Positions 1 to 11,719 of a DNA stretch of 64,000 bases are shown one piece after another (the first letter of the stretch is position 1; each line of letters starts with the position of its first letter). Where the stretch lies: the NCBI GenBank assembly GCA_017134395.1, contig CP070993.1:398199-462198 (forward strand). The letters run 5' to 3'. The notes beneath the pieces were generated by a model. The model did not search any database and was not told the DNA's origin. It saw only the letters and a list, made by a program, of their open reading frames with translations. The position numbers were made by a program, and so were the translations under genes. This stretch comes from Candidatus Kaiserbacteria bacterium (GTDB taxonomy: Bacteria > Patescibacteriota > Minisyncoccia > Phycocordibacterales > UBA2100).

Positions 1-461
1 CACCATCTTCATTAGGTACTAGGTCAGACGTATCAATTGCTCCCTGAAGGCGGAATTCTAGTACTGGCGTTTCCCCGATAAGCCGAATGGCTTCTTGTGT
101 ATCGGTAACTCCTGGCAGTTCGATAATGAGCCTATCTTGCGTTTCGCCTGAGAGTGCACCGCCACGTTCTGTTTGTACGATTGGCTCTGCAACACCAAAG
201 AGGTTTACACGACGCTCAATGGTGTCGCGCAGTGATGCCATAGACTCCGAAATATCTTCCGATGCAAGACGTGAAGTATCCGCCTTGTATACTAAGTGCG
301 TACCTCCTGAGAGGTCGAGTCCAAGCTGAAATTGGAAATTGTTCTTTTGTATCTCAGAAGAGTATACGAACCATCCGACTCCGAATCCTACTAGTAAAAT
401 CGCTACTGTTATTAGTCTATTTTTCCACATAATTAAGTGCTGGAAGTATACCTTACCCATT
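1..461 (-). CDS. secD: Protein translocase subunit SecD, N-terminal fragment; the CDS runs off the window start
   Basis: Manual minus-strand translation from ATG (431 or 461): MWKNRLITVAILLVGFGVGWFVYSS...LGLDLSGGTHLVY...IIELPGVTDTQEAIRLIGETPVLEFR, a SecD N-terminal signature. Not in the ORF track because no stop codon lies inside the window. Confidence 0.6.
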
Positions 462-490
462 TAGCGAATATCAAGGGGTATTTTTTTATA

Positions 491-1846
491 CTACGAACCA
501 CGTTTTGTGAGAATGGTCTTGAGTGTAAGCGCGGCAATATAGAAATCGAGCCATAAACTACGCTCTTTTATATAGAAGAGGTCGTATGAAAGCTTTTCTG
601 CAGTGGAATCTACGTCTGCTTTATGGTGTGCGTGGTTATCGTGCATTATTTGAGCCCAACCAGAAAGCCCTGGTTTTACTACATTACGTAAGTTGTAATA
701 CGGTATTTCTGTCTTATACACGTCAGTAAGTGCTGGGAACTCTGGGCGAGGTCCGATGAATGACATGTCTCCCTTAAACACGCTCCACAACTGAGGTAGC
801 TCATCGAGCCTAGTGCGTCGTAGTAGTGCTCCAACACGAGTAACAGTATGCTTGGTTTCTAGCGCTTCCTCATCTGTATCGACTCCTGTCATGCTTCTAA
901 ACTTTGGAAAAGAGAATAGTTCCCCGCCAAGGCCAACACGTTGTGCTATGTAAAAGATTGGCCCTTTGCTCTCAAGCTTTATTGCCAGAATAATGAATGG
1001 ATATAATACGAGCGATACAAGCCCGAGTATAACTGCAGCTGCAATATCTGTTGCACGCTTACCAACTGAATAGACCAATTGTTGGTCTAGCGACATGTAC
1101 TGTAGGAGCCAGCGATGATCTATCAAAGAAAGTGGTACTCGTTCAAAGATTTCTTGGTACAACCTTCGTACGTCAATAAATTCGGCTTGGTGTTTTACAA
1201 AGGTTATATCGTAAATAAAAGACAATAGGTCATCTAATGAATGGTTGCTCATATCAGCAACTATAGTGCTGACTTCCCCACTTTCTATGAGTAACTGCAG
1301 GGTTTGTTTGACCTCTTCACTGGAAGAAAGCTCTGGGTGAATAATTGCGCGGAACTCCAACGGATACAGCGGGTCTTTATTAACCTCTTCTGCAAGCTCG
1401 GTAAGTTCAAGCCCTGTTCCGATGAGTACCGCACCAATTTCTCGGCGTACTAAAAGGTGCGGGTACATGTGTACTCGCCAAAAATACAGGAGTGCAGTTG
1501 AGATAAACAAATACAGCACCAGTACTGTTTTTGGCGTAATAAGAAAAATTGGAATAAGGAAGAAAAAGAGGGCGGCTATTCCTATGTTAACTGCTTGGGC
1601 TGCAAAGATAATGTTTGGTAGCTGCTTTCTAAATAACACGGTGTACCGTCCGTATAATCCGGAAATAAAATATACGATGAACCACACGCCAAATAAAAGA
1701 GAGAACGAGACCAAATGCACGACTGCATTTTCAAGGGAGGGCACACTAAAACTACGTAATGACAGTGCCAGCCATACGGATACATACAAAATGCTTATAT
1801 CACCCAATAAAAGCACGATATAGGCCTTGCGACTCAAAATGCTCAT
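491..1846 (-). CDS. Polyprenyl glycosylphosphotransferase (bacterial sugar transferase, WbaP/CpsE-like)
   Basis: 451 aa with N-terminal TM helices; the C-terminal domain (KRATDIAAAVILGLVSLVLYPFIILAIKLESKGPIFYIAQRVGLGGELFSFPKFRSM...DELPQLWSVFKGDMSFIGPRP) matches the bacterial sugar transferase family. Confidence 0.8.
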   Translation of the reverse strand: MSILSRKAYIVLLLGDISILYVSVWLALSLRSFSVPSLENAVVHLVSFSLLFGVWFIVYFISGLYGRYTVLFRKQLPNIIFAAQAVNIGIAALFFFLIPIFLITPKTVLVLYLFISTALLYFWRVHMYPHLLVRREIGAVLIGTGLELTELAEEVNKDPLYPLEFRAIIHPELSSSEEVKQTLQLLIESGEVSTIVADMSNHSLDDLLSFIYDITFVKHQAEFIDVRRLYQEIFERVPLSLIDHRWLLQYMSLDQQLVYSVGKRATDIAAAVILGLVSLVLYPFIILAIKLESKGPIFYIAQRVGLGGELFSFPKFRSMTGVDTDEEALETKHTVTRVGALLRRTRLDELPQLWSVFKGDMSFIGPRPEFPALTDVYKTEIPYYNLRNVVKPGLSGWAQIMHDNHAHHKADVDSTAEKLSYDLFYIKERSLWLDFYIAALTLKTILTKRGS

Positions 1847-1889
1847 ACAGTACTAGTATCACTTTTAAGCTATTGACGCAATGGTTTGG

Positions 1890-3038
1890 CTATACTCCTA
1901 TAAACTCTCTTTGGGAGTCGTCGCGGTGAACGGTGCGTGAATATCGGCTCATACCCATAATAATACCGAGCGCCGCAAATTCGGTAAGCAAGTGAGAACC
2001 GCCGTAGCTCATAAACGGCAGAGTTACGCCAGTTACGGGGAGCAGCCCTATGTTCATACCAACATGTACCGTAAAGTGACTGATGAAGAGTATGGCGACA
2101 CCAAGCGCAAAGAGTGTTTCAAAATTAGTTGCTCCAAGTTTCGCATGCATTAAAATACGCCACAAAAGGATTCCGAATAGCATGAACAGGAACACAACTC
2201 CGACAAACCCCCACTCTTCTGCAAACGAGGCAAAAATGAAGTCGGTCTCGTATTCTGGCAAGAATTGCAACTTGCTTTGTGTACCGTACCCAATTCCTTT
2301 ACCTGATATTTGCCCAGAACCTACAGCGATAGTAGATTGATACGCATTGTAACCAGCGCCACGAACGTCAGCCAATGGGTGTAAGAATGTCAAAATTCTA
2401 TCTTTCTGATAATCGGCGAACACAAACATCCACATACCCGCTATGGCAAGCGCACCAGCAATAAATACTGCCAACAAGTGCTTTTTTGAGATGCCGGACA
2501 CGAGTACCATCCCAAACCATACAAACGCAATCATAATAGCTGAGCCGAAGTCTGGCTGGAGCAAAATGAGCAAGAAAAGAATGAGTGCGTACACTCCAGA
2601 CAAAAGAATGTGCCTAATGTGTGCTATTTCGATATGTCGACGAGTGAAGTACTTGGCGAGCAGCGCAATGATTACTAGCTTTGCATACTCAGCAGGTTGT
2701 ACCGCAAAACCTCCAAAATTGAAGCGGCTTTGGGCCCCCTTTACCACATCGCCAAACACAAAAACTAGTAACAGCAGCAGAACTGTTATACCGAACAGAA
2801 TGGTCACTATATTTGTTCTCCGTAGAAACCTAAAATCGATAAAGCTGAATATAAAGAACACGGCTACCGAAATAGAGAGCCATATAATCTGTCGTTGAAA
2901 GAATGAGTTGGCATCACCGTAGGCATGCATGGTTACAAGCCCTGCAAGCGTGATGAGTACTGCAGAAACAAATAGCAGCACATCGATGTGTCCAAAATAT
3001 CGCTGCAGGATATTTCCAGATAGATTTCCCATATTCAC
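1890..3038 (-). CDS. SEDS-family peptidoglycan glycosyltransferase (FtsW/RodA)
   Basis: 382 aa polytopic membrane protein with FtsW/RodA/SpoVE-like motifs (PDFGSAIMI, GSGQISGKGIGYGTQSKLQFLPEYETDFIFA, MSYGGSHLL). Confidence 0.85.
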   Translation of the reverse strand: MNMGNLSGNILQRYFGHIDVLLFVSAVLITLAGLVTMHAYGDANSFFQRQIIWLSISVAVFFIFSFIDFRFLRRTNIVTILFGITVLLLLLVFVFGDVVKGAQSRFNFGGFAVQPAEYAKLVIIALLAKYFTRRHIEIAHIRHILLSGVYALILFLLILLQPDFGSAIMIAFVWFGMVLVSGISKKHLLAVFIAGALAIAGMWMFVFADYQKDRILTFLHPLADVRGAGYNAYQSTIAVGSGQISGKGIGYGTQSKLQFLPEYETDFIFASFAEEWGFVGVVFLFMLFGILLWRILMHAKLGATNFETLFALGVAILFISHFTVHVGMNIGLLPVTGVTLPFMSYGGSHLLTEFAALGIIMGMSRYSRTVHRDDSQREFIGV

Positions 3039-3043
3039 TGCGC

Positions 3044-3820
3044 CTATCGTGGGCGTTGGGGAAGTATTAAAGGAACTATATCAACGCGACCGACAGCAAA
3101 ACCAAATGGTTCTGGCCAGGTAAATGCGATTGGAAATTCTTCGTTTGGCCCAACGGCTTCTACTAATGTTCTCGACGAAGTGAATGCGTTTCCAGCAGTG
3201 TCAAAAACTGTCGCAACTAAAACTATGTCGTTAATGGTTACCACTTCACTGTTATGAACAATTGCGTCAAGCCGCGGCATTGAAGTGGTGTCGCTTATCT
3301 TTTCATTGCGTATTGAAATACCTATTGCTGGGTCTTGCATACGTTCCCACGTTAAGTCATTTACAAAACTGAAGAGCGTTCGTGCTGGGATACGATTACC
3401 AGTGTCTATACGGCTTTCAAACACTGGGAATACGCCTTCTGGCAGAACCGGTGCCCGCCCGAAACGCTCTGCAATAAGGATGTTTTTTTCGTCATAGAGT
3501 TTGAATTGGTATATACCATCGTACACTCCTGCACCTTGGTTTGGGTTTTCGATATACGCGACAGTATTGTAAAATCCGTCGCGCACTGGGAAGGTGCGTG
3601 CCCAAAGGACAGCATATGGCTGTATAAAGCGCTCATCTAGGAGCTGACAAGAGCCACCTCGGTCAATTGCTGTTTCATCTTGGTTTAGCTTGCCATCAAA
3701 ACAAGTGGCCGGTTTGTATGTCGTGAAAAATACTATTGGTGCAATGATGCTAAATACAAAAAGAAGTAGCCCTCCTCCGTAGATCATTTGCCTTTTTCGT
3801 GCCCATGCTGATGTTGCCAT
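3044..3820 (-). CDS. Hypothetical membrane-anchored protein, probably co-transcribed upstream of FtsW/RodA
   Basis: 258-aa ORF with an N-terminal TM helix and no recognisable domain; lies 6 nt upstream of the SEDS gene on the same strand. Confidence 0.45.
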   Translation of the reverse strand: MATSAWARKRQMIYGGGLLLFVFSIIAPIVFFTTYKPATCFDGKLNQDETAIDRGGSCQLLDERFIQPYAVLWARTFPVRDGFYNTVAYIENPNQGAGVYDGIYQFKLYDEKNILIAERFGRAPVLPEGVFPVFESRIDTGNRIPARTLFSFVNDLTWERMQDPAIGISIRNEKISDTTSMPRLDAIVHNSEVVTINDIVLVATVFDTAGNAFTSSRTLVEAVGPNEEFPIAFTWPEPFGFAVGRVDIVPLILPQRPR

Positions 3821-3868
3821 TACCTACAAGTATACCTTAGTGCTTCCTGTGGTGTCGAATACACTATG

Positions 3869-3906
3869 CAAAAACGCACCTCACTTTGTGAGGTGCGTTT
3901 TATAGG
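3869..3906 (-). terminator. Rho-independent terminator of the rRNA operon
   Basis: aaaacgcacctca-caaag-tgaggtgcgttttt hairpin plus T-run on the minus strand, directly downstream of 5S. Confidence 0.6.
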
Positions 3907-3945
3907 AGTGTGAATAGTATCACTAACGATATATTCAAATATTTT

Positions 3946-4053
3946 ATGTTGGCGCCGAGCTACTCTCGCCTTACGACTACCATCGCCTCAGAAGAGCTTA
4001 ACTTCTGTGTTCGGAATGAGAACAGGTGTACCCTCTTCGATGAAGCACCAACA
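3946..4053 (-). rRNA. rrf: 5S ribosomal RNA
   Basis: The reverse complement reads TGTTGGTGCTTCATCGAAGAGGGTACACCTGTTCTCATTCCGAACACAGAAGTTAAGCTCTTCTGAGGCGATGGTAGTCGTAAGGCGAGAGTAGCTCGGCGCCAACA, which matches the bacterial 5S consensus (CCGAACACGGAAGTTAAGC...GATGGTAGT). Helix I closes the 5' and 3' ends. Confidence 0.85.
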
Positions 4054-4074
4054 TAAAATATTCGAATGTTGTTG

Positions 4075-4313
4075 TACCTATGTTTGAAAATGAGCTCAAT
4101 CTCTCTAGAAAAGGGATTGAGGAGGATGGTGGGAATTGCACCCACAGCCTGCGCTTAGGACCGTTATAGTTACGGCCGTCGATCCTTTACTGCGACAGCA
4201 AGGACGGACACATATGCGGCACATTGGCTCGAAGGACCTTCGTCCTTACGCATCCTCATGAGGAAAAGGAGAGACGTAGGGCCCTCCAGTTCCCTCATTT
4301 TCAAACATAGGTA
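4075..4313 (-). other. Spacer element between 23S and 5S, bounded by perfect 20-bp inverted repeats and carrying an exact 25-nt copy of 23S helix 69 / I-CeuI-type homing site
   Basis: IR arms 4075-4094 and 4294-4313 are perfect reverse complements (tacctatgtttgaaaatgag). The interior holds CGGCCGTAACTATAACGGTCCTAAG (rRNA sense), identical to the 23S copy at 5697-5721, plus perfect sub-palindromes aaggaccttcgtcctt and cctcatgagg. Confidence 0.5.
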
Positions 4314-4315
4314 GT

Positions 4316-4345
4316 ATTACATAGCACTGAAATCGACATGCAGAT
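4316..4345 (-). other. 3' strand of the 23S processing stem (pairs with 7933-7962)
   Basis: 4316-4345 is the reverse complement of 7933-7962 with one mismatch; in the transcript the two form a 30-bp helix with one G-U pair that brackets 23S, the classical RNase III processing stem. Confidence 0.7.
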
Positions 4346-4374
4346 TTGTTAAACAAAGCTGTTAGAGAACTCCA

Positions 4375-7715
<3,341 letters not shown>

Positions 7716-7932
7716 TTCCACTAACTGCTTTGTTTGTGTCTTGTGTCTGTGCCAACACAACGTAAACCACTTTACGTTTGCTGACGTGTTTTGAAACTAC
7801 CAGCAAGCCCGGTGAGGCTGCTGTTAGTGTAGTTTCGATTTATTTTCTACTTAATTAAAAGTAGTAAATGCAATGTATGCCCCGTACGGAAAGACCCTGG
7901 TCGGCTAGACCAAAAATCAAACGGGACATACT

Positions 7933-7962
7933 ATCTGCATGTCGATTTCAATGCTATGTAAT
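7933..7962 (-). other. 5' strand of the 23S processing stem (pairs with 4316-4345)
   Basis: See 4316-4345. It lies about 220 nt upstream of the mature 23S 5' end. Confidence 0.7.
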
Positions 7963-8095
7963 TGTCAAAGTGCAACGTACTTTGGGCAAGAAAAAAGGTC
8001 GCTCATGCGACCGAATCAAGTGCTTTTAAAAATAAAAAGTCACCTTACCGGCTCGCCTTTTGCTTCTTTAAATTACTCATAAATACGTGGTCGCT

Positions 8096-8123
8096 ATTAT
8101 ATAGATGCGAGCATAAAAGTCAA
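8096..8123 (-). promoter_or_regulatory. Candidate sigma70-type rRNA promoter (TTGACT-N16-TATAAT on the minus strand)
   Basis: On the minus strand: gttgacttttatgctcgcatctatataatag. It lies about 140 nt upstream of the processing stem and just downstream of the terminator of the preceding gene. Confidence 0.45.
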
Positions 8124-8130
8124 CAAAATG

Positions 8131-8174
8131 AAGATAAAAAAACAGAGTCGACATATCAAAATACATGTCGACTC
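8131..8174 (-). terminator. Rho-independent terminator of the 8193-8498 gene
   Basis: gagtcgacat-N10-atgtcgactc hairpin followed by tgtttttttat on the minus strand. Confidence 0.55.
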
Positions 8175-8192
8175 CTTGTTTTTTAAGAAACG

Positions 8193-8498
8193 TTACTCCA
8201 TCCCATCATGCAAACGTGGAATACTGCTATTCGAGACCATGTTTGCAAAAGTCCATGCTTCCCGTCCCTTGAAGAATAATTGCGGAAATACATACGATGT
8301 TGACGCAGCAACATATCCAGATGGCCCGTGAATTGGACGTACGCATGACACCACCCATACGCCAAAACGTATCTGACGATGAACCATTACTGGTCCGTAT
8401 TTCAATTCTTTTGCAACCATGTTCTTGTCAGCATGACGAGCAAAATCTCTGGGCGGAAACATAAAGAAGAAAACCAACTGCTGAGAATTGCTTTTCAT
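8193..8498 (-). CDS. Hypothetical protein
   Basis: 101-aa ORF with no recognisable family. Confidence 0.45.
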   Translation of the reverse strand: MKSNSQQLVFFFMFPPRDFARHADKNMVAKELKYGPVMVHRQIRFGVWVVSCVRPIHGPSGYVAASTSYVFPQLFFKGREAWTFANMVSNSSIPRLHDGME

Positions 8499-8552
8499 AA
8501 GTATCCCTCCTAATATAAATGAGCTGACACCTGTATACCATCAAAATACGCA

Positions 8553-8592
8553 AAACAAAACACCCGCCGTATTGGCGGGTGTTTTGTTATTC
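8553..8592 (-). terminator. Rho-independent terminator (bidirectional palindrome)
   Basis: aaaacacccgcc-gtatt-ggcgggtgttttgtt, directly after the stop of the 8605-9291 gene. Confidence 0.6.
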
Positions 8593-8604
8593 AAATAGAA
8601 AAGA

Positions 8605-9291
8605 CTATTTGTGGCTCATTTCTGAGCGTAATTGTTCGATGTATCGTGCTGCTGCTTCTTGTCCACCGAGTCCGAACGCGAGTCCGAACGCGAGTGAAAG
8701 AGCTACAACAACTCCTGCAAACAATGTTTGTAGGAATGCTGTTGCAACATTCAATTGAATGAGAGCTGCGATAACTGCGAAAATCCAGATTGACCACTTA
8801 GCAACACTGCCAAGAAAATGTGCACTCTTCATTTCTGCGGCGCGAGCTGCTCCTGCAACAAGGCTTCTTACGAACTCACCAAGTACTGCAGCGATCAAAA
8901 GAATTAATACTGCAACGATAACTTGTGGCAAGTACAAGAGAACAACTTCCTGAAGGAAGACACCAACTTGTGTAAGACCAAGAACTTCCACTGCAGCGAG
9001 TAGGAATACAATAATGATGAACCATTTTACGAGTCCACCTAGTAAACCTCCAGCGCTCATGCGAAAACCTCCTCGGTTAACAGCCTCTTCAAAACCGGCA
9101 CTTCGGAGTGCGTTGTCTATCTTGAGTGCGTCAACAACTTGTGCGACAACACGTCCTAAGATAGCTCCTACAATCCAACCGATTATAAAGATAACGATTG
9201 CTACAACTATGTTTGGTACGAAAACTACAAAGTTAAGCCAAACTTCTTGAAATGACTGCTGAATAGCAGCAGTCCATGATTGAATCAACAT
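8605..9291 (-). CDS. Membrane protein with conserved-TM-helix repeats (MscS-associated TM_helix-like)
   Basis: 228 aa with multiple TM segments and repeated IVGxILGRVV-like motifs. The 3' end carries a tandem 12-nt repeat (gagtccgaacgc x2, 8666-8695) encoding LAFGLAFGL. Confidence 0.5.
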   Translation of the reverse strand: MLIQSWTAAIQQSFQEVWLNFVVFVPNIVVAIVIFIIGWIVGAILGRVVAQVVDALKIDNALRSAGFEEAVNRGGFRMSAGGLLGGLVKWFIIIVFLLAAVEVLGLTQVGVFLQEVVLLYLPQVIVAVLILLIAAVLGEFVRSLVAGAARAAEMKSAHFLGSVAKWSIWIFAVIAALIQLNVATAFLQTLFAGVVVALSLAFGLAFGLGGQEAAARYIEQLRSEMSHK

Positions 9292-9403
9292 AACGTTATT
9301 TTTTGCCTAGGCGTTATATTAGAAAACGAATAATAATACAGTACCGACCTACCTTAATAATACACCTTGTAGGAAGCGATTTTTTTGTAGCTGTGGGTAT
9401 GTT

Positions 9404-10066
9404 TTATTGCACCTTCCCTATTTTACGCATGTGTACATCCTTCCACGCTGGCGCCATTTTATCTACAATAATTTGGTGAGGATAGTCGAGTACATCCCGA
9501 ATGAGTCTGTCGTATACACCTAAACGATACGTAAAATCTGGCGTTGAAAAAGCAGCGTATCGAAGCTCATGACCCATGTGTGATTCTAAATCTCGTATAG
9601 CCGCTTTAAGGCGCGAGTCTTTCAAAGAATCTCCTACTACCATTATGTCTATACGACTATCAGTATCACGAATAAAGACACCAGAAACGATTACGAGTTT
9701 TATTTTCCCTGTCCCATTAATCTTTTTTAGAATCCCATTATCGTCTGTCGGTTTAATGTTAAGTATAAAGTTTCGCAATGCAAGTAAGTCTGCAAAGGTG
9801 GTGTCTATAGTAAATCCAACCACTTTCTTTTTCGCCTCTTTTTTATTCTTGCCTCTGCCTTTAGTAACGATACGAGTATCGTTTTGTTTTTTAAGTAATC
9901 CTATTTTTGTAAATAGATTGAGTTCTTTTCGAACTGTTTGAGGATGAACCTTCGCACGTGTCGCAACTTCATCTGAGGTGTAGCATGAGTCAAGATTCGA
10001 TAAAAATAATCGGAGGATTTTTACCCGTGCTGGGCTTCCAAATAGTGCGCTGAGTACATCATTCAT
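9404..10066 (-). CDS. Winged-helix DNA-binding protein with a C-terminal minimal nucleotidyltransferase-like domain
   Basis: The start was moved to M17 (MNDVLSALFGSPARVKILRLF...) because the longer ORF overlaps the rplL terminator. The C-terminal region IKLVIVSGVFIRDTDSRIDIMVVGD resembles the G[SG]-x-D-x-D motif of the Pol-beta NTase fold. Confidence 0.5.
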   Translation of the reverse strand: MNDVLSALFGSPARVKILRLFLSNLDSCYTSDEVATRAKVHPQTVRKELNLFTKIGLLKKQNDTRIVTKGRGKNKKEAKKKVVGFTIDTTFADLLALRNFILNIKPTDDNGILKKINGTGKIKLVIVSGVFIRDTDSRIDIMVVGDSLKDSRLKAAIRDLESHMGHELRYAAFSTPDFTYRLGVYDRLIRDVLDYPHQIIVDKMAPAWKDVHMRKIGKVQ

Positions 10067-10095
10067 TGGGGTGATTGTAGCATAAGCTTCGTGCA

Positions 10096-10135
10096 AACAA
10101 AAAACCGGCGCCAAAAGCGCCGGTTTTTTGCAATA
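10096..10135 (-). terminator. Rho-independent terminator after rplL
   Basis: ccggcgc-ttttg-gcgccgg stem followed by ttttttg on the minus strand. Confidence 0.7.
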
Positions 10136-10148
10136 TATAGTAATGAAG

Positions 10149-10664
10149 TTATTTTAACTCAACTGTAGCTCCTGCCTCAGTAAGCTTGGTCTTCATTTCT
10201 TCTGCCTCTTCTGGCTTTACGCCACTCTTAAGGTCAGCCGGTGCTGATTCTACAAGGTCTTTTGCTTCTTTAAGCCCAAGTCCTAGTACTTCCTTAATTG
10301 CTTTGATAACTCCGATCTTTGAGTCACCTACAGCTGAAAGGTGAACGATGTAATCGCTCTTTTCTTCAGCGGCACCACCATCTGCTGCTCCACCTGCAAC
10401 TGCAACAGCTGCTGCTGAAACACCAAATTTCTTCTCAAGAACTTTTACAAGCCCGTGAAGTTCAAGCACGGTCATCTTTTCGATCTTTTCGATAAGGTCC
10501 TTGTACTCATCTGGCACTTCTACCTCTTCCGCTTCGTCAGCAGCTGGAGCTGCTTCCTCTGCCTTTTCTTCAGCAGCTGGTGCTTCTTCAACAACAGCCT
10601 CTTCTTTTACTTCTTCCGCTGCTTCCTCAGTAGCAGCTTCGTCTTTCTTTTCTTCTTCAGTCAT
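10149..10664 (-). CDS. rplL: 50S ribosomal protein L7/L12 with an approximately 50-aa acidic N-terminal extension
   Basis: The C-terminal domain [30 protein letters not shown] and hinge [14 protein letters not shown] are canonical. The N-terminus [27 protein letters not shown]... is an extra Glu/Ala-rich extension. Confidence 0.9.
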   Translation of the reverse strand: MTEEEKKDEAATEEAAEEVKEEAVVEEAPAAEEKAEEAAPAADEAEEVEVPDEYKDLIEKIEKMTVLELHGLVKVLEKKFGVSAAAVAVAGGAADGGAAEEKSDYIVHLSAVGDSKIGVIKAIKEVLGLGLKEAKDLVESAPADLKSGVKPEEAEEMKTKLTEAGATVELK

Positions 10665-10730
10665 ACGTTAGTTATTAGTTGATAGTTGATAGTTTTTAGT
10701 TGGTAGCAACACACTATACAAGTGCAATTG

Positions 10731-11225
10731 CTATGCTTCTTTCTTTTCTGCAATTCCGTTAAGTGCTACAACCAAACCTTGAATTGGTGAGTTGATGACG
10801 TTTGCGAACATACCACGAAGTGTGTCCACCGGTGGAATAGTTGCAACTTCGTTCATCTCTGCAGCATCCATGAAGCGACCTTCAAAGACACCTCCCACAA
10901 TTGAAAGCTTGTCGCCGTACTTCTTTACAAACGAGTACACGTTTCGTGCTGGAGCTGTTGGATCGTCAGACCCGTATGCTACTGCAACTTCTCCTTCAAG
11001 AATTGGTTGCTCCCCCTCTACTCCGGCGTTTTCAAACGCACGGCTCATAAGAGTTTTTCGAGCAACGAAATATGATACGCCTTCCTCACGAAGACCACTA
11101 CGAAGTGCAGTTTCTTCACTCACTGGAAGACCATTGAAGTGCACAAAAACTGTCGATGCCGATGTTTTTACTGCACCCTCAAGACGATCAAGAATTGCTT
11201 TCTTTTGTTCTTTTGTTTTTGCCAT
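10731..11225 (-). CDS. rplJ: 50S ribosomal protein L10
   Basis: The start was trimmed to MAKTKEQKKAILDRLEGAVKTSASTVFVHFNGL... (typical L10). The longer ORF-track N-terminus is probably leader sequence. Confidence 0.85.
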   Translation of the reverse strand: MAKTKEQKKAILDRLEGAVKTSASTVFVHFNGLPVSEETALRSGLREEGVSYFVARKTLMSRAFENAGVEGEQPILEGEVAVAYGSDDPTAPARNVYSFVKKYGDKLSIVGGVFEGRFMDAAEMNEVATIPPVDTLRGMFANVINSPIQGLVVALNGIAEKKEA

Positions 11226-11382
11226 AGAGCAATACGAAAATGCTGATAAATGGTAACGAGTGTTATATACGAAGAGAATCAACCTCGGCACGTCTGACCC
11301 CTAATGTGGGAGCGCGCTTTCTTCAGCTCGTTACCGAAGACTATACCCAAATACAGCTAAAAGTGCAACGATTTACTATCAA

Positions 11383-11410
11383 TTGACAGTGCGTGTATAT
11401 GTGTTACAAT
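11383..11410 (+). promoter_or_regulatory. Sigma70-like promoter TTGACA-N16-TACAAT for the small gene at 11440
   Basis: caattgacagtgcgtgtatatgtgttacaat. An AAGGAG ribosome-binding site lies at 11426-11431, 8 nt before the ATG. Confidence 0.55.
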
Positions 11411-11439
11411 ACAGTTTGGTAAATTAAGGAGATAGAGAT

Positions 11440-11661
11440 ATGGGTAAATCTACGCTACCGGCTGATTTGTTGTCTGATCTCGGCGAAGTAATGCCAGTCG
11501 GCGGGATCCTCTTCGACTTCACTACTCAAATGCTCGGAGAGCTTATCCCTGAAAAAAACTGCGATACTCCGCGCAAAGCATTGAAGGAGGTTCTTGGCAA
11601 AGATAACATCTCTGCCGTGAACTTCGTTCTCGCCAAGCACGAAATCGCTGTTCAAATCTAG
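11440..11661 (+). CDS. Small hypothetical protein (73 aa)
   Basis: Strong promoter and ribosome-binding site context; followed by a hairpin terminator; no family recognised. Confidence 0.55.
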   Translation: MGKSTLPADLLSDLGEVMPVGGILFDFTTQMLGELIPEKNCDTPRKALKEVLGKDNISAVNFVLAKHEIAVQI

Positions 11662-11671
11662 TGATTACTGC

Positions 11672-11712
11672 CCATCTACAAAAGCGACCACACTAGTTAG
11701 TGGTCGCTTTAA
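11672..11712. terminator. Bidirectional hairpin terminator
   Basis: aaagcgaccac-actagtta-gtggtcgcttt between convergent genes. Confidence 0.55.
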
Positions 11713-11719
11713 CTTTTAC

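Noticed and set aside
4093-4293. Possibility that the spacer element is a tRNA, or that 23S carries a second intron at the I-CeuI site
   Set aside because: No acceptable cloverleaf (poor T-loop, no CCA or acceptor pairing). The genuine H69-H71 site at 5697-5721 is uninterrupted, so the extra copy is extragenic rather than an intron junction.
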